Shown here piece by piece: positions 34,838 through 42,384 of a stretch of 64,000 bases of DNA. The position numbers were made by a program, and so were the translations under genes. This stretch comes from an uncultured Pirellulales bacterium (lineage in GTDB: Bacteria > Planctomycetota > Phycisphaerae > Sedimentisphaerales > Anaerobacaceae). The notes under the pieces are model-generated. The model was not told the DNA's origin and made no database searches. It worked only from the letters and a program-made list of their open reading frames with translations. The stretch spans positions 1,559 to 65,558 of the forward strand of contig CAYGZM010000004.1 in assembly GCA_964354365.1 (NCBI GenBank). Reading direction: 5' to 3'. Position 1 is the first letter of the stretch; each line of letters starts with the position of its first letter.

Positions 34838-34852
34838 TGGCATAGATATTGC
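34838..34852 (+). promoter_or_regulatory. Sigma-54 (-24/-12) promoter for the TPR / regulator / fliLMN-flhA operon
   Basis: TGGCAT-AGATA-TTGCT differs from the TGGCAC-N5-TTGCW consensus at a single position. It lies in the 320-nt gap upstream of the 34973 start. Confidence 0.7.
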
Positions 34853-34972
34853 TACCCCTTACAAGTGGTGCAGGCCCGCATTGTGCAGCTACAACAGGAA
34901 CGGGCCGCCCAAAATGCTCGCGCTGCCGTTGAATATAAAGGGCGACGGGCAGTCAATACGAAGCTGAGAGTT

Positions 34973-37546
34973 ATGCCGGAACAAGAGCCAAAACAGACTC
35001 CCGACCAGAGCCTTCCCGCCACGCCGGAAGCACCCAGGCCCCAGGCTGCGGGGGGGGCCTCTGGCGCGGATAGCGAGCTGCTCGAAGGCCAGCCCGCCGG
35101 TGCTTGGGCGGGCCAGCCCCTCGAAGAAATCCCGGAAGGGCAGGTCTTCGTCGCGGACGACGATCTCTACAAATCGCTCGATCAGATTGCAGAATCCCCG
35201 ACCATCACAGACACACCAGGCAAACGCCTCAAAGTCCGAATCCCGCGATTGCACCTCTCAACCGTCCAGAAAATCCTTGTCGCCGGCATTATTCTGATTG
35301 TGGCGCTGCTGTTGCGCACGCTGCTGACCTCTGCGTCACGCCGCGCCGCCGCATCATCAAAATCCTCAGCCGACAATGCGATACTCGCAGTTCAGGAGCA
35401 CCCCACCCGCCAAGTGGCCGAGGGGCCTGAGCCTGAACCTGTGTCTCAATCAGCTCAGCCGACGTCCTTGAAAGTCGCTCAGGATTTCTACGCCGCCGGC
35501 GAATACGACAACGCTTACGCAACCTACAACCAGCTCTATCGGAGTCTCCCTACTGATGCGAATAGCCACAGAGATTTACTTCGCCTGAAGATGGCTCTCT
35601 GTCGGGCCAAGTCAGGACAGATCGAAGAGGCCGACCGTATCCTCGATGAAGTTGCCAAAAGCAGCTCCAACGCACTCAGGCTGATGGCCAACTACCATCG
35701 CATCTCCCTCGAAATGCAAAAAAAGCAGTATTTGAACGCACGAACAAGGGCCTATCGCGCAATGGCCCTTATCGACGTCGTCGATACCGACGCAAAAGTC
35801 AAATCGTCGCTCCGAAGCAACTGCCACTTCCTGATCGCAGAAGCGCTGACTAAACATGTCCTTTCGCTCAGCGATCTCGACGCGGACCTTACGCCGGAGC
35901 TCTGGGGCGCTCCAGCCGAGATCGACCCTTTCCTCGGCTTGGACGACCGGCAGCTCGAAGCCCTCTTGAATTCAGGCGCCGATTATCTCAATGACGCGCT
36001 GCTCCGGCCCCAAATCCGGAAGATTCGCCGTGACGACGGCTCGATCTGCTGGTGCGTCGTTGCCAACGGCGCACCCATTGAAGAGCTCCTGGCCAGATTC
36101 GCCGCAAACGCCGACCTCGACATATCCTGGACAATCCGCAGCGATCAGGATCCGCAGGCCCAAGGCCCCTCCGCCAGGAGTCCCAAGCGGGACGTGGGGG
36201 GAACGGCAGACCCCGCCCACAACAGGCCCGTCATCCTGTATATGCCCGCGGCAACTGCACAGCAAGTCGTCACCGCCGCCGCCGGACAGGTTGGCTTGCT
36301 CGCCCGCATCGACCAGAACGATGTCGTAACCATTATTCAGCCGGCAGAGTCCTCTTCGTTGTCGCAATCCATATCTCTGCTTTGCAGTGAAACTATCTCA
36401 TTGTGGCAGAGGTTCCTGCTCAGTTTCGATGACGACCGGCGCGCCGCCAATGCCCATTTCGCACTCGGCCTTCTGCATTCACGACAAGGCAGCATCCCCG
36501 AAGCAATAGCAGAATACAAATTGACGGCTAACCGTTTCCCATCCTCGTCTTTGGCGCCCTACGCCCTGCTCAACTCGAGCAAGTTGAAAAGCAGCCCACA
36601 GGTGCGAGACTACGCCGGCGCCGCCGAGGACCTAAAGCAGGTCGTGGAACAATATCCCGACGACCGGATTGTCACCAGAGCTTACGTATATCTCGCCGAA
36701 TACACCGAAAAGGCAGGAACTACCAGCGAAGCCGCCAGGCTCTATCGTAAAGTCTATTATCTCGGCTTCTCGCCCGAATCACAATGCAGCGCCGCCTTTG
36801 GAGCCGGCAAATGCTACTATCAAATGGGCGATTACGATTCCGCCGTCGAATGGCTGGCAAACTACATCGACCTCATGCGGGAAAAAAAGAACCCCGACGT
36901 CTGCTCCGCCTGCTTCCTCCTCGGCAAAGCTTACCTGGCTCTCAACGAACCCCAGCAGGCCTGCCGTGCATTTCAATATGCCCTGGCCGGACCGCTCCCA
37001 AGAAATGAATACGTCGAGACAATCTCAGCCTTGACCGATGCGTATATCGATCAGAAACAATTCATCCAGGCGCTCGATGTCCTCGAAAACATTGACTCTT
37101 ATCAGTTTTCACAAGCCGAATTGGTCAGGATATTGCTGCTCAAAGGCAAAGTCCTCCGGGAAATGGGCCTGGTTGACAACGCCGTCACGTTGCTCAGCAG
37201 CAGGATCGAATACGCATCCGACCCCCAGCTAAAGGCTGAAATATCCTTTGAGCTGACCAACTGCTATATCGCCAAGAACCAATTGGAGCTCGCCCATAAG
37301 AAGCTGACCGAGATCCTCCTCATCGTCCCACCCGGACCTCTGGCGTATGAGGTCGCGCTCAAGCTGGCACAGACGTGCCTGATGCTCAGCCAGGATTCAC
37401 AGGCAATATCCGTCTGTTCCCAGCTCCTCGATTCAGCCGCACCCGAGCAAATCAAAAACGAAGCCGCCCAAATGCTCGCCACGGCGTACAGCCGGCAGAA
37501 AAACTACGACAAAGCGGCTTTGGCCCTTTTGGACCGCCCGAAATGA
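34973..37546 (+). CDS. Single-pass membrane protein with extensive TPR repeats and a central STN/FecR-C-like module (about 857 aa from this start)
   Basis: The ORF is open from GTG 34865, but that codon is only 13 nt from the -12 promoter element. ATG 34973 has GAGAG upstream. TM helix VQKILVAGIILIVALLLRTLL. Many TPR-like units (AQDFYAAGEYDNAYATYNQLY; AAFGAGKCYYQMGDYDSAVEWLANYI). Central segment ICWCVVANGAPIEELLARFAANADLDISW ... AAAGQVGLLARIDQNDVVTII. Confidence 0.7.
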   Translation: MPEQEPKQTPDQSLPATPEAPRPQAAGGASGADSELLEGQPAGAWAGQPLEEIPEGQVFVADDDLYKSLDQIAESPTITDTPGKRLKVRIPRLHLSTVQKILVAGIILIVALLLRTLLTSASRRAAASSKSSADNAILAVQEHPTRQVAEGPEPEPVSQSAQPTSLKVAQDFYAAGEYDNAYATYNQLYRSLPTDANSHRDLLRLKMALCRAKSGQIEEADRILDEVAKSSSNALRLMANYHRISLEMQKKQYLNARTRAYRAMALIDVVDTDAKVKSSLRSNCHFLIAEALTKHVLSLSDLDADLTPELWGAPAEIDPFLGLDDRQLEALLNSGADYLNDALLRPQIRKIRRDDGSICWCVVANGAPIEELLARFAANADLDISWTIRSDQDPQAQGPSARSPKRDVGGTADPAHNRPVILYMPAATAQQVVTAAAGQVGLLARIDQNDVVTIIQPAESSSLSQSISLLCSETISLWQRFLLSFDDDRRAANAHFALGLLHSRQGSIPEAIAEYKLTANRFPSSSLAPYALLNSSKLKSSPQVRDYAGAAEDLKQVVEQYPDDRIVTRAYVYLAEYTEKAGTTSEAARLYRKVYYLGFSPESQCSAAFGAGKCYYQMGDYDSAVEWLANYIDLMREKKNPDVCSACFLLGKAYLALNEPQQACRAFQYALAGPLPRNEYVETISALTDAYIDQKQFIQALDVLENIDSYQFSQAELVRILLLKGKVLREMGLVDNAVTLLSSRIEYASDPQLKAEISFELTNCYIAKNQLELAHKKLTEILLIVPPGPLAYEVALKLAQTCLMLSQDSQAISVCSQLLDSAAPEQIKNEAAQMLATAYSRQKNYDKAALALLDRPK

Positions 37547-38649
37547 AGACGAATAACGACTCCAAAAAGCAGAACTACGGCCTCAAATCCGAATTCCCCG
37601 CAACGGCGGGCTTCAGGACCTGTCTCTGCGCCTTCTGCCTGACTTGTCTGCTGCTTTGCCTCAACGGATCCCCGGCCGTAGCCAGGCTCTCATCGGGTCT
37701 GCCCGACCCGAACAATCCCTCACCATCCGCGCTGGCCGAAGCCCCAACCGACGCAAACGCTCCAAAGACACCCCCTGCCGGGCCTGACGAACAACGCCTC
37801 AGACAGCACCAAGACCCAAAACCCGCAACTGATACGACCGCAGACTCTAACTCTCAAATCGCTGAGCAACCGCCCGCCCGCAACTGGCTCATCGCAAAAA
37901 GCCCAACTACCGACATTGGACGCAAACTCTGGCAGACCAGAATAACTGTACCCAACAGCAAGAACGATACCAACAGTGACGATGACCTCCGGCGAATAAT
38001 CGAGCTGATCCGCTCCGTTGAGTTCAAGCCCCGCAACAAAACCCCCAAACCTCTCATCACCCTCGAATCGCCCGCGCAGCCAGAGCCAAACCAAGCCGCC
38101 GTCGGACCGTCGCCCGGCAAAAACACCGAAACGCAGCAAATCAAGCCGGAACCTCGCCCCGGAATGTTGTCCGAAGAGACCCTGAAAATCCTCGCTAAGC
38201 AGTTGCAGAATCCCGAACAGGTCAAAAACCCGTTCGATCTCGCAGAAGTCCTCTTTCACAGCGGCCGTCTCAAAGAAGCCGCAATATGCTACCAGCAGGT
38301 CCTCCTTCGAACCGACCCAAACCATGGCGACCCAAACCAAGCCGATCCAAACCAAATCGATCCGAACCGCCAAATCGACTGGATCCTGTTTCAGATAGGC
38401 AACTGCCTGCGAAACGACGACCCTCCCAAAGCAATGGAAGTCTATTCGCGCCTGTGCAACGACCACGCAGGCTCAATGTGGGCCGACCTTGCAAAGGCGC
38501 GCAGCATGCTGCTGAGCTGGTACCGCAAGGATGAACCCAGAAAGCTCATTGAACAGAATCGACGGCAGACAACCGATTACCCGAACGAAAATGACTACAT
38601 CCTAACGACAAAATCCCAACCCCAAACGGAGCAAGCAAAAGGTGGATAG
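37543..38649 (+). CDS. Secreted proline-rich protein with C-terminal TPR-like region (368 aa)
   Basis: The ATG overlaps the upstream stop (ATGA at 37543-37546). Signal peptide CLCAFCLTCLLLCLNGSPAVA. Long Pro/Asn/Asp-rich linker including GDPNQADPNQIDPN. C-terminus AEVLFHSGRLKEAAICYQQVLL ... GNCLRNDDPPKAMEVYSRL. Confidence 0.65.
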   Translation: MKTNNDSKKQNYGLKSEFPATAGFRTCLCAFCLTCLLLCLNGSPAVARLSSGLPDPNNPSPSALAEAPTDANAPKTPPAGPDEQRLRQHQDPKPATDTTADSNSQIAEQPPARNWLIAKSPTTDIGRKLWQTRITVPNSKNDTNSDDDLRRIIELIRSVEFKPRNKTPKPLITLESPAQPEPNQAAVGPSPGKNTETQQIKPEPRPGMLSEETLKILAKQLQNPEQVKNPFDLAEVLFHSGRLKEAAICYQQVLLRTDPNHGDPNQADPNQIDPNRQIDWILFQIGNCLRNDDPPKAMEVYSRLCNDHAGSMWADLAKARSMLLSWYRKDEPRKLIEQNRRQTTDYPNENDYILTTKSQPQTEQAKGG

Positions 38650-40219
38650 CGCCCGCGCAAACGAAAACCAAGTCACGCAAACCAGCCCGCCGGCGCCTGG
38701 GCGGGCCAGCCTCATCGCAAACGTGCTGATAGTGGACGACGACCCACAGACCGCCGGACTTATGCTCAGGATACTGGCCCAAAAAGGCATTCGCGGAATA
38801 ATCGCCGACAGCGCCGAGGCCGCAATAGACTCTCTTGACGGAGCCGATTACGACCTTGTTTTCATCGGCGACAGAATATGCCAGCGCCCCGGCCTTGCCC
38901 CCAAACCACAAAACGCCTTCGACCTGCTCCACAGAATCAAACAGAGCTCGCCTGAAATGCCTGTCATTATGATGGCCGACCCCTGCAGACAGGATGCGTG
39001 GCACGGCCATTCCCTCGACTGCGCTCGGGACAGGCCTGGCCGTGGTCTCACGGGCTTCAAGCCCGTGCCACTGCAACAAATCGCCGAGGCGGCCGTCAAA
39101 GCCGTAAGAGCCGGCTGTTACGACTTCCTCGTCAAACCCCTCGACCTTCAAAAACTCCGGGCCATCCTGGACACGTTACTGCCCAACCACACCGTCCAGG
39201 CCTGTGAGTCCGCAGAGCACGGCATCCACAGCCTCTACCAGATCGTCGGAAAGAGCAAAAAGCTCCTCCAGACCGTCACCCTCGCAAAGAAAATAGCGCC
39301 CACTTCCGTCCCCGTCTTAATCAGCGGTGAAAGTGGAACAGGCAAGGAATTGATCTCGTACCTCATCCATCACAACAGCAAACGCGCACAGGCCCCATAC
39401 ATCAAGGTCAATTGTGCCGCGCTGAGTGACACACTTCTCGAAAGCGAGCTCTTCGGCCACGAAAAAGGCGCATTCACCGGGGCCTATACCCAGCGCAAAG
39501 GCCGATTCGAAATGGCCCACGGAGGAACACTTCTCCTCGACGAAATCACCGAAACTCCAATAAAGTTCCAGGCCAAGCTCCTCAGAGTCCTCGAACAGCA
39601 GAATCTGGAACGCGTCGGCGGAAACGACAACATCAAAGTCAACGTTCGAATAATAAGCACCACCAACAAAGACCTGCTCCACGAAGTCGAGCAAGGCCGT
39701 TTCCGCCGCGACCTCTACTATCGCCTAAGTGCGGTAAGACTGATTATCTGTCCTCTGAGCCAGCGAACCGAGGACCTGCCGGACCTCGTATGGCATTTCG
39801 TGAATCTATATGCCCGCGAAGCCCAGCGCCGCATAACCGCCCTCGACCCCGCTATGATGGATATCTTCGCCAAATACCACTGGCCCGGCAACGTCCGCCA
39901 GCTCCGAAACGTCGTCCTGACCTCGCTGCTTTTAGGCGTCGGCCAAACCCTATCGCTCGCCGATGTCTCCTGGCTCTTCGACGAGCTCCAGCCCCGACAG
40001 CAGGAAAACGCACCCGACCTCGACGACCTGCAGCCATCAGCCGCGTCACTGGGCGGAATACCGCTCGTGGAAATAGAGAAGCAGGCCATTCTCGACACAT
40101 TACGACAAACAGAAGGCAACAGAACCGAAGCCGCAAGGGTCCTTGGAATAAGCGACCGGACCCTGCGGGACAAAATACGCCGATACCGGCAGGCCGAATC
40201 GCTCCAGCCGGTCGGATAA
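38642..40219 (+). CDS. Sigma-54-dependent response regulator (NtrC/FlrC/FleR-like) carrying an in-frame repeat insertion in the receiver domain
   Basis: GTG start overlaps the upstream stop by 8 nt. Receiver [14 protein letters not shown] ... YDLVFIGD ... MPVIMMA ... YDFLVKP. AAA+ [25 protein letters not shown] ([11 protein letters not shown]). [35 protein letters not shown]. Confidence 0.9.
   Translation: MDSARANENQVTQTSPPAPGRASLIANVLIVDDDPQTAGLMLRILAQKGIRGIIADSAEAAIDSLDGADYDLVFIGDRICQRPGLAPKPQNAFDLLHRIKQSSPEMPVIMMADPCRQDAWHGHSLDCARDRPGRGLTGFKPVPLQQIAEAAVKAVRAGCYDFLVKPLDLQKLRAILDTLLPNHTVQACESAEHGIHSLYQIVGKSKKLLQTVTLAKKIAPTSVPVLISGESGTGKELISYLIHHNSKRAQAPYIKVNCAALSDTLLESELFGHEKGAFTGAYTQRKGRFEMAHGGTLLLDEITETPIKFQAKLLRVLEQQNLERVGGNDNIKVNVRIISTTNKDLLHEVEQGRFRRDLYYRLSAVRLIICPLSQRTEDLPDLVWHFVNLYAREAQRRITALDPAMMDIFAKYHWPGNVRQLRNVVLTSLLLGVGQTLSLADVSWLFDELQPRQQENAPDLDDLQPSAASLGGIPLVEIEKQAILDTLRQTEGNRTEAARVLGISDRTLRDKIRRYRQAESLQPVG
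38998..39072. repeat. Family A repeat copy (75 nt) located inside the response-regulator CDS, read through in frame
   Basis: GTGGCACGGCCATTCCCTCGACTGCGCTCGGGACAGGCCTGGCCGTGGTCTCACGGGCTTCAAGCCCGTGCCACT matches 32524-32598 at 72 of 75 positions. It encodes about [25 protein letters not shown], between PVIMMADP and [20 protein letters not shown]. Confidence 0.9.
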
Positions 40220-40248
40220 CCGCCGTCACAAATATCTGAGGTAGAAAA

Positions 40249-40809
40249 ATGGCGGATGAAAAAACCAAGAAGAAACAGGAAGACTCAAAAGAGCCAAAAG
40301 CCTCTAAGACAGGCATTTTGCCCTGGATTATCCTCGCCGCAGTAGTGCTCCTCTGCGCCGGGGGCGGTTTCCTGCTCGGTCGGTTACTCACCGGCTCCTC
40401 AGCCACCGGGGCGGCCCAGGCCTTTCAGGAAGACGAAACCGGACAGCCGGCCCCGCAGACCGACAATGCGGCCTCAAAGACCGAAAAAACCTGGTTCCAC
40501 GACCTCGAACCCGTGGTCGCAAATCTCAACGAGCCGGGCGCAACCCGCTACGCCCGAGCAACCTTGACCCTTGAGGTGACCCCTGACGTCTCGCAAAAAG
40601 ATGCCGCCAAAATCTTCGAAGAAAAAACGCCCATCCTTACAAATTGGCTCACCCTTTATCTCTCAGGCCTGAGCATCGAAGATATAAGGGGAGACAAAAA
40701 CCTCAAACGAATTCAATTGCAAATACTTGATGCCTTTAACGAACAGCTGTTCCCCAATCAAAAGCCCAAAATTAAGCAGGTCCTCTTTAAGGAATTCGCC
40801 ATACAATGA
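40249..40809 (+). CDS. fliL: Flagellar basal-body-associated protein FliL
   Basis: N-terminal Lys-rich tail, TM helix ILPWIILAAVVLLCAGGGFLLG, then WFHDLEPVVANLNEPGATRYARATLTLEV ... IRGDKNLKRIQLQILDAFNEQLF, which is typical FliL. Confidence 0.88.
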   Translation: MADEKTKKKQEDSKEPKASKTGILPWIILAAVVLLCAGGGFLLGRLLTGSSATGAAQAFQEDETGQPAPQTDNAASKTEKTWFHDLEPVVANLNEPGATRYARATLTLEVTPDVSQKDAAKIFEEKTPILTNWLTLYLSGLSIEDIRGDKNLKRIQLQILDAFNEQLFPNQKPKIKQVLFKEFAIQ

Positions 40810-41879
40810 CCAACGCAGTTGCCGCCCAATTGAGTACAGAGAAGATACGACAGTTGCTCGCCGCCTTGCGTCTCGAGCCGGGCGAAGATGCCGCAAAAAA
40901 CGTCGAGGCATCCCAGTACGACTGGCGCCGGCCTCATTACTTCAGCCAAAGCCAGCTCAATGAGCTTAGGCACTTCACGGAAAATGTGTCCGCGGCGGCT
41001 GCTGCGAAATTCACCCGCCTCTACCGCAGCAATTACGACGTCACAACTGATTCGGTCTCAGAGCACTTTGCCGATGAATTTCTCCGCCATAGCTCAAATG
41101 GGGAACAGCCCGACTATTACCTGGTCTTTGGGCCTGCTCTGCGAAGCGCTACGCAGGCTCGCGGAGCAGAGGCCGGGCCGGCCAGGTCCCCCCAGGCAAA
41201 AGCCGGCGCCTCCGCAGAACTTCAGCCCTGGGGCTGCGTTGGAATACCGCATGAAACCGCGCTGGCCTGGGCCACTCAATCGCTTGGCGAGGCCAAACCT
41301 GATGAAGCCTCCGCCAGAAGTCTGTCGCAGTTGGAGAAATCCCTCTTGCTCGACATCGCATCCCTGTTCATCGAGGCCCTCTGTGAGTCTTACGACGGCT
41401 ATGACTTCCACACAATCGGCGGCATCGTAACCGGCCAGCTCCCTCTTGACCTCGAAAACACAAAGGAGCTCTGCAAAGTCACCTTCAACGCCAAACAAAC
41501 CGGCTCACAGGCCGCCGCCAATGCTTACCTGCTCATGCCCTGCGATAAGCTGCTGCCTGTCGCCAAGACTCCCGCGAAAACCACACAGAATCTCTCAGCC
41601 GAAGACGTCTCAAAAGCAATCATCGGCCATTTACACCGGATGCGCGTCTCCTTGACGACCCAGCTCGGCTCCGGAACACTCACTTTTGCCGAACTGATGA
41701 GTCTTAGCGTCAACGACATATTGATGCTCGACGCGCCGGTCAGCGAACCTGTCAAATTGATCGTCCAAGGGATCGAACTCTTTAAGGGTCGGCTCGCAAA
41801 ATCAGCCGGCAAGTACGCCGTCGTAATCGCAGAACCCCCCGCCACGGTGGCAGGGGCCACTTTCGCCAATGCAAAGTGA
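40806..41879 (+). CDS. fliM: Flagellar motor switch protein FliM
   Basis: ATGA overlap with fliL. The N-terminal LSTEKIRQLLAAL resembles the CheY-P-binding LSQxEIDxLL peptide. C-terminal SpoA domain LTFAELMSLSVNDILMLDAPVSEPVKLIVQGIELFKGRL. Confidence 0.85.
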   Translation: MTNAVAAQLSTEKIRQLLAALRLEPGEDAAKNVEASQYDWRRPHYFSQSQLNELRHFTENVSAAAAAKFTRLYRSNYDVTTDSVSEHFADEFLRHSSNGEQPDYYLVFGPALRSATQARGAEAGPARSPQAKAGASAELQPWGCVGIPHETALAWATQSLGEAKPDEASARSLSQLEKSLLLDIASLFIEALCESYDGYDFHTIGGIVTGQLPLDLENTKELCKVTFNAKQTGSQAAANAYLLMPCDKLLPVAKTPAKTTQNLSAEDVSKAIIGHLHRMRVSLTTQLGSGTLTFAELMSLSVNDILMLDAPVSEPVKLIVQGIELFKGRLAKSAGKYAVVIAEPPATVAGATFANAK

Positions 41880-41927
41880 AACAAATGCCAAAGTACGTGA
41901 ACTCGATAACTAAAAGGAAATAGGAAC

Positions 41928-42344
41928 ATGGCACAAGCAGCTCAAGCCGTAGAAGAAAAGGTCGAAGCAGAACAGGACCAACAGCAAACCGCACAGCACG
42001 ACTCCAAAAAGCAGGTGCAGGCCGTCGAGTTTTCCGAAGTTGCCGAGAACGAAGCCCCCGGTGCAGGCACGAATATCGACGTCCTGCTGGACATGAGCGT
42101 GCCTGTTACGGCCGTCATTGATAAAACAGAGATATCGGTCCGCCGGCTCTTGCAGCTTGGACCCGGCTCGGTGCTCAGGCTCGATAAGCCCATCGGCGCG
42201 CCCGTGGATATGTATCTCAAAGACGTTAAGCTGGCCACCGCAACCGTAGTGGTGATAGACGACAGATTCGCTGTCAGAATAGAAGAGATTCTCGGGCCCG
42301 GCCCCAGAGGAGCAGCAACTGCCGCGGACGCAGCCGATGTTTAA
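41928..42344 (+). CDS. fliN: Flagellar motor switch protein FliN
   Basis: SpoA domain NIDVLLDMSVPVTAVIDKTEISVRRLLQLGPGSVLRLDKPIGAPVDMYLKDVKLATATVVVIDDRFAVRIEEI. Confidence 0.92.
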   Translation: MAQAAQAVEEKVEAEQDQQQTAQHDSKKQVQAVEFSEVAENEAPGAGTNIDVLLDMSVPVTAVIDKTEISVRRLLQLGPGSVLRLDKPIGAPVDMYLKDVKLATATVVVIDDRFAVRIEEILGPGPRGAATAADAADV

Positions 42345-42384
42345 GACAACGTAAGGAAAATTCCGCTCTGGAGAAATAGTCACA

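Noticed and set aside
34865-34972. The 5' extension of the TPR membrane protein ORF, annotated with a GTG start at 34865.
   Set aside because: The GTG lies only 13 nt downstream of the -12 element of the predicted sigma-54 promoter and lacks an RBS. ATG 34973 with upstream GAGAG is more plausible. This remains an inference.
37375-37542. The 5' extension of the secreted-protein ORF, which overlaps the end of the TPR gene by 170 nt.
   Set aside because: The internal ATG at 37543 forms an ATGA stop-start overlap and is followed immediately by a signal peptide. The extension encodes Arg/Pro-rich filler.
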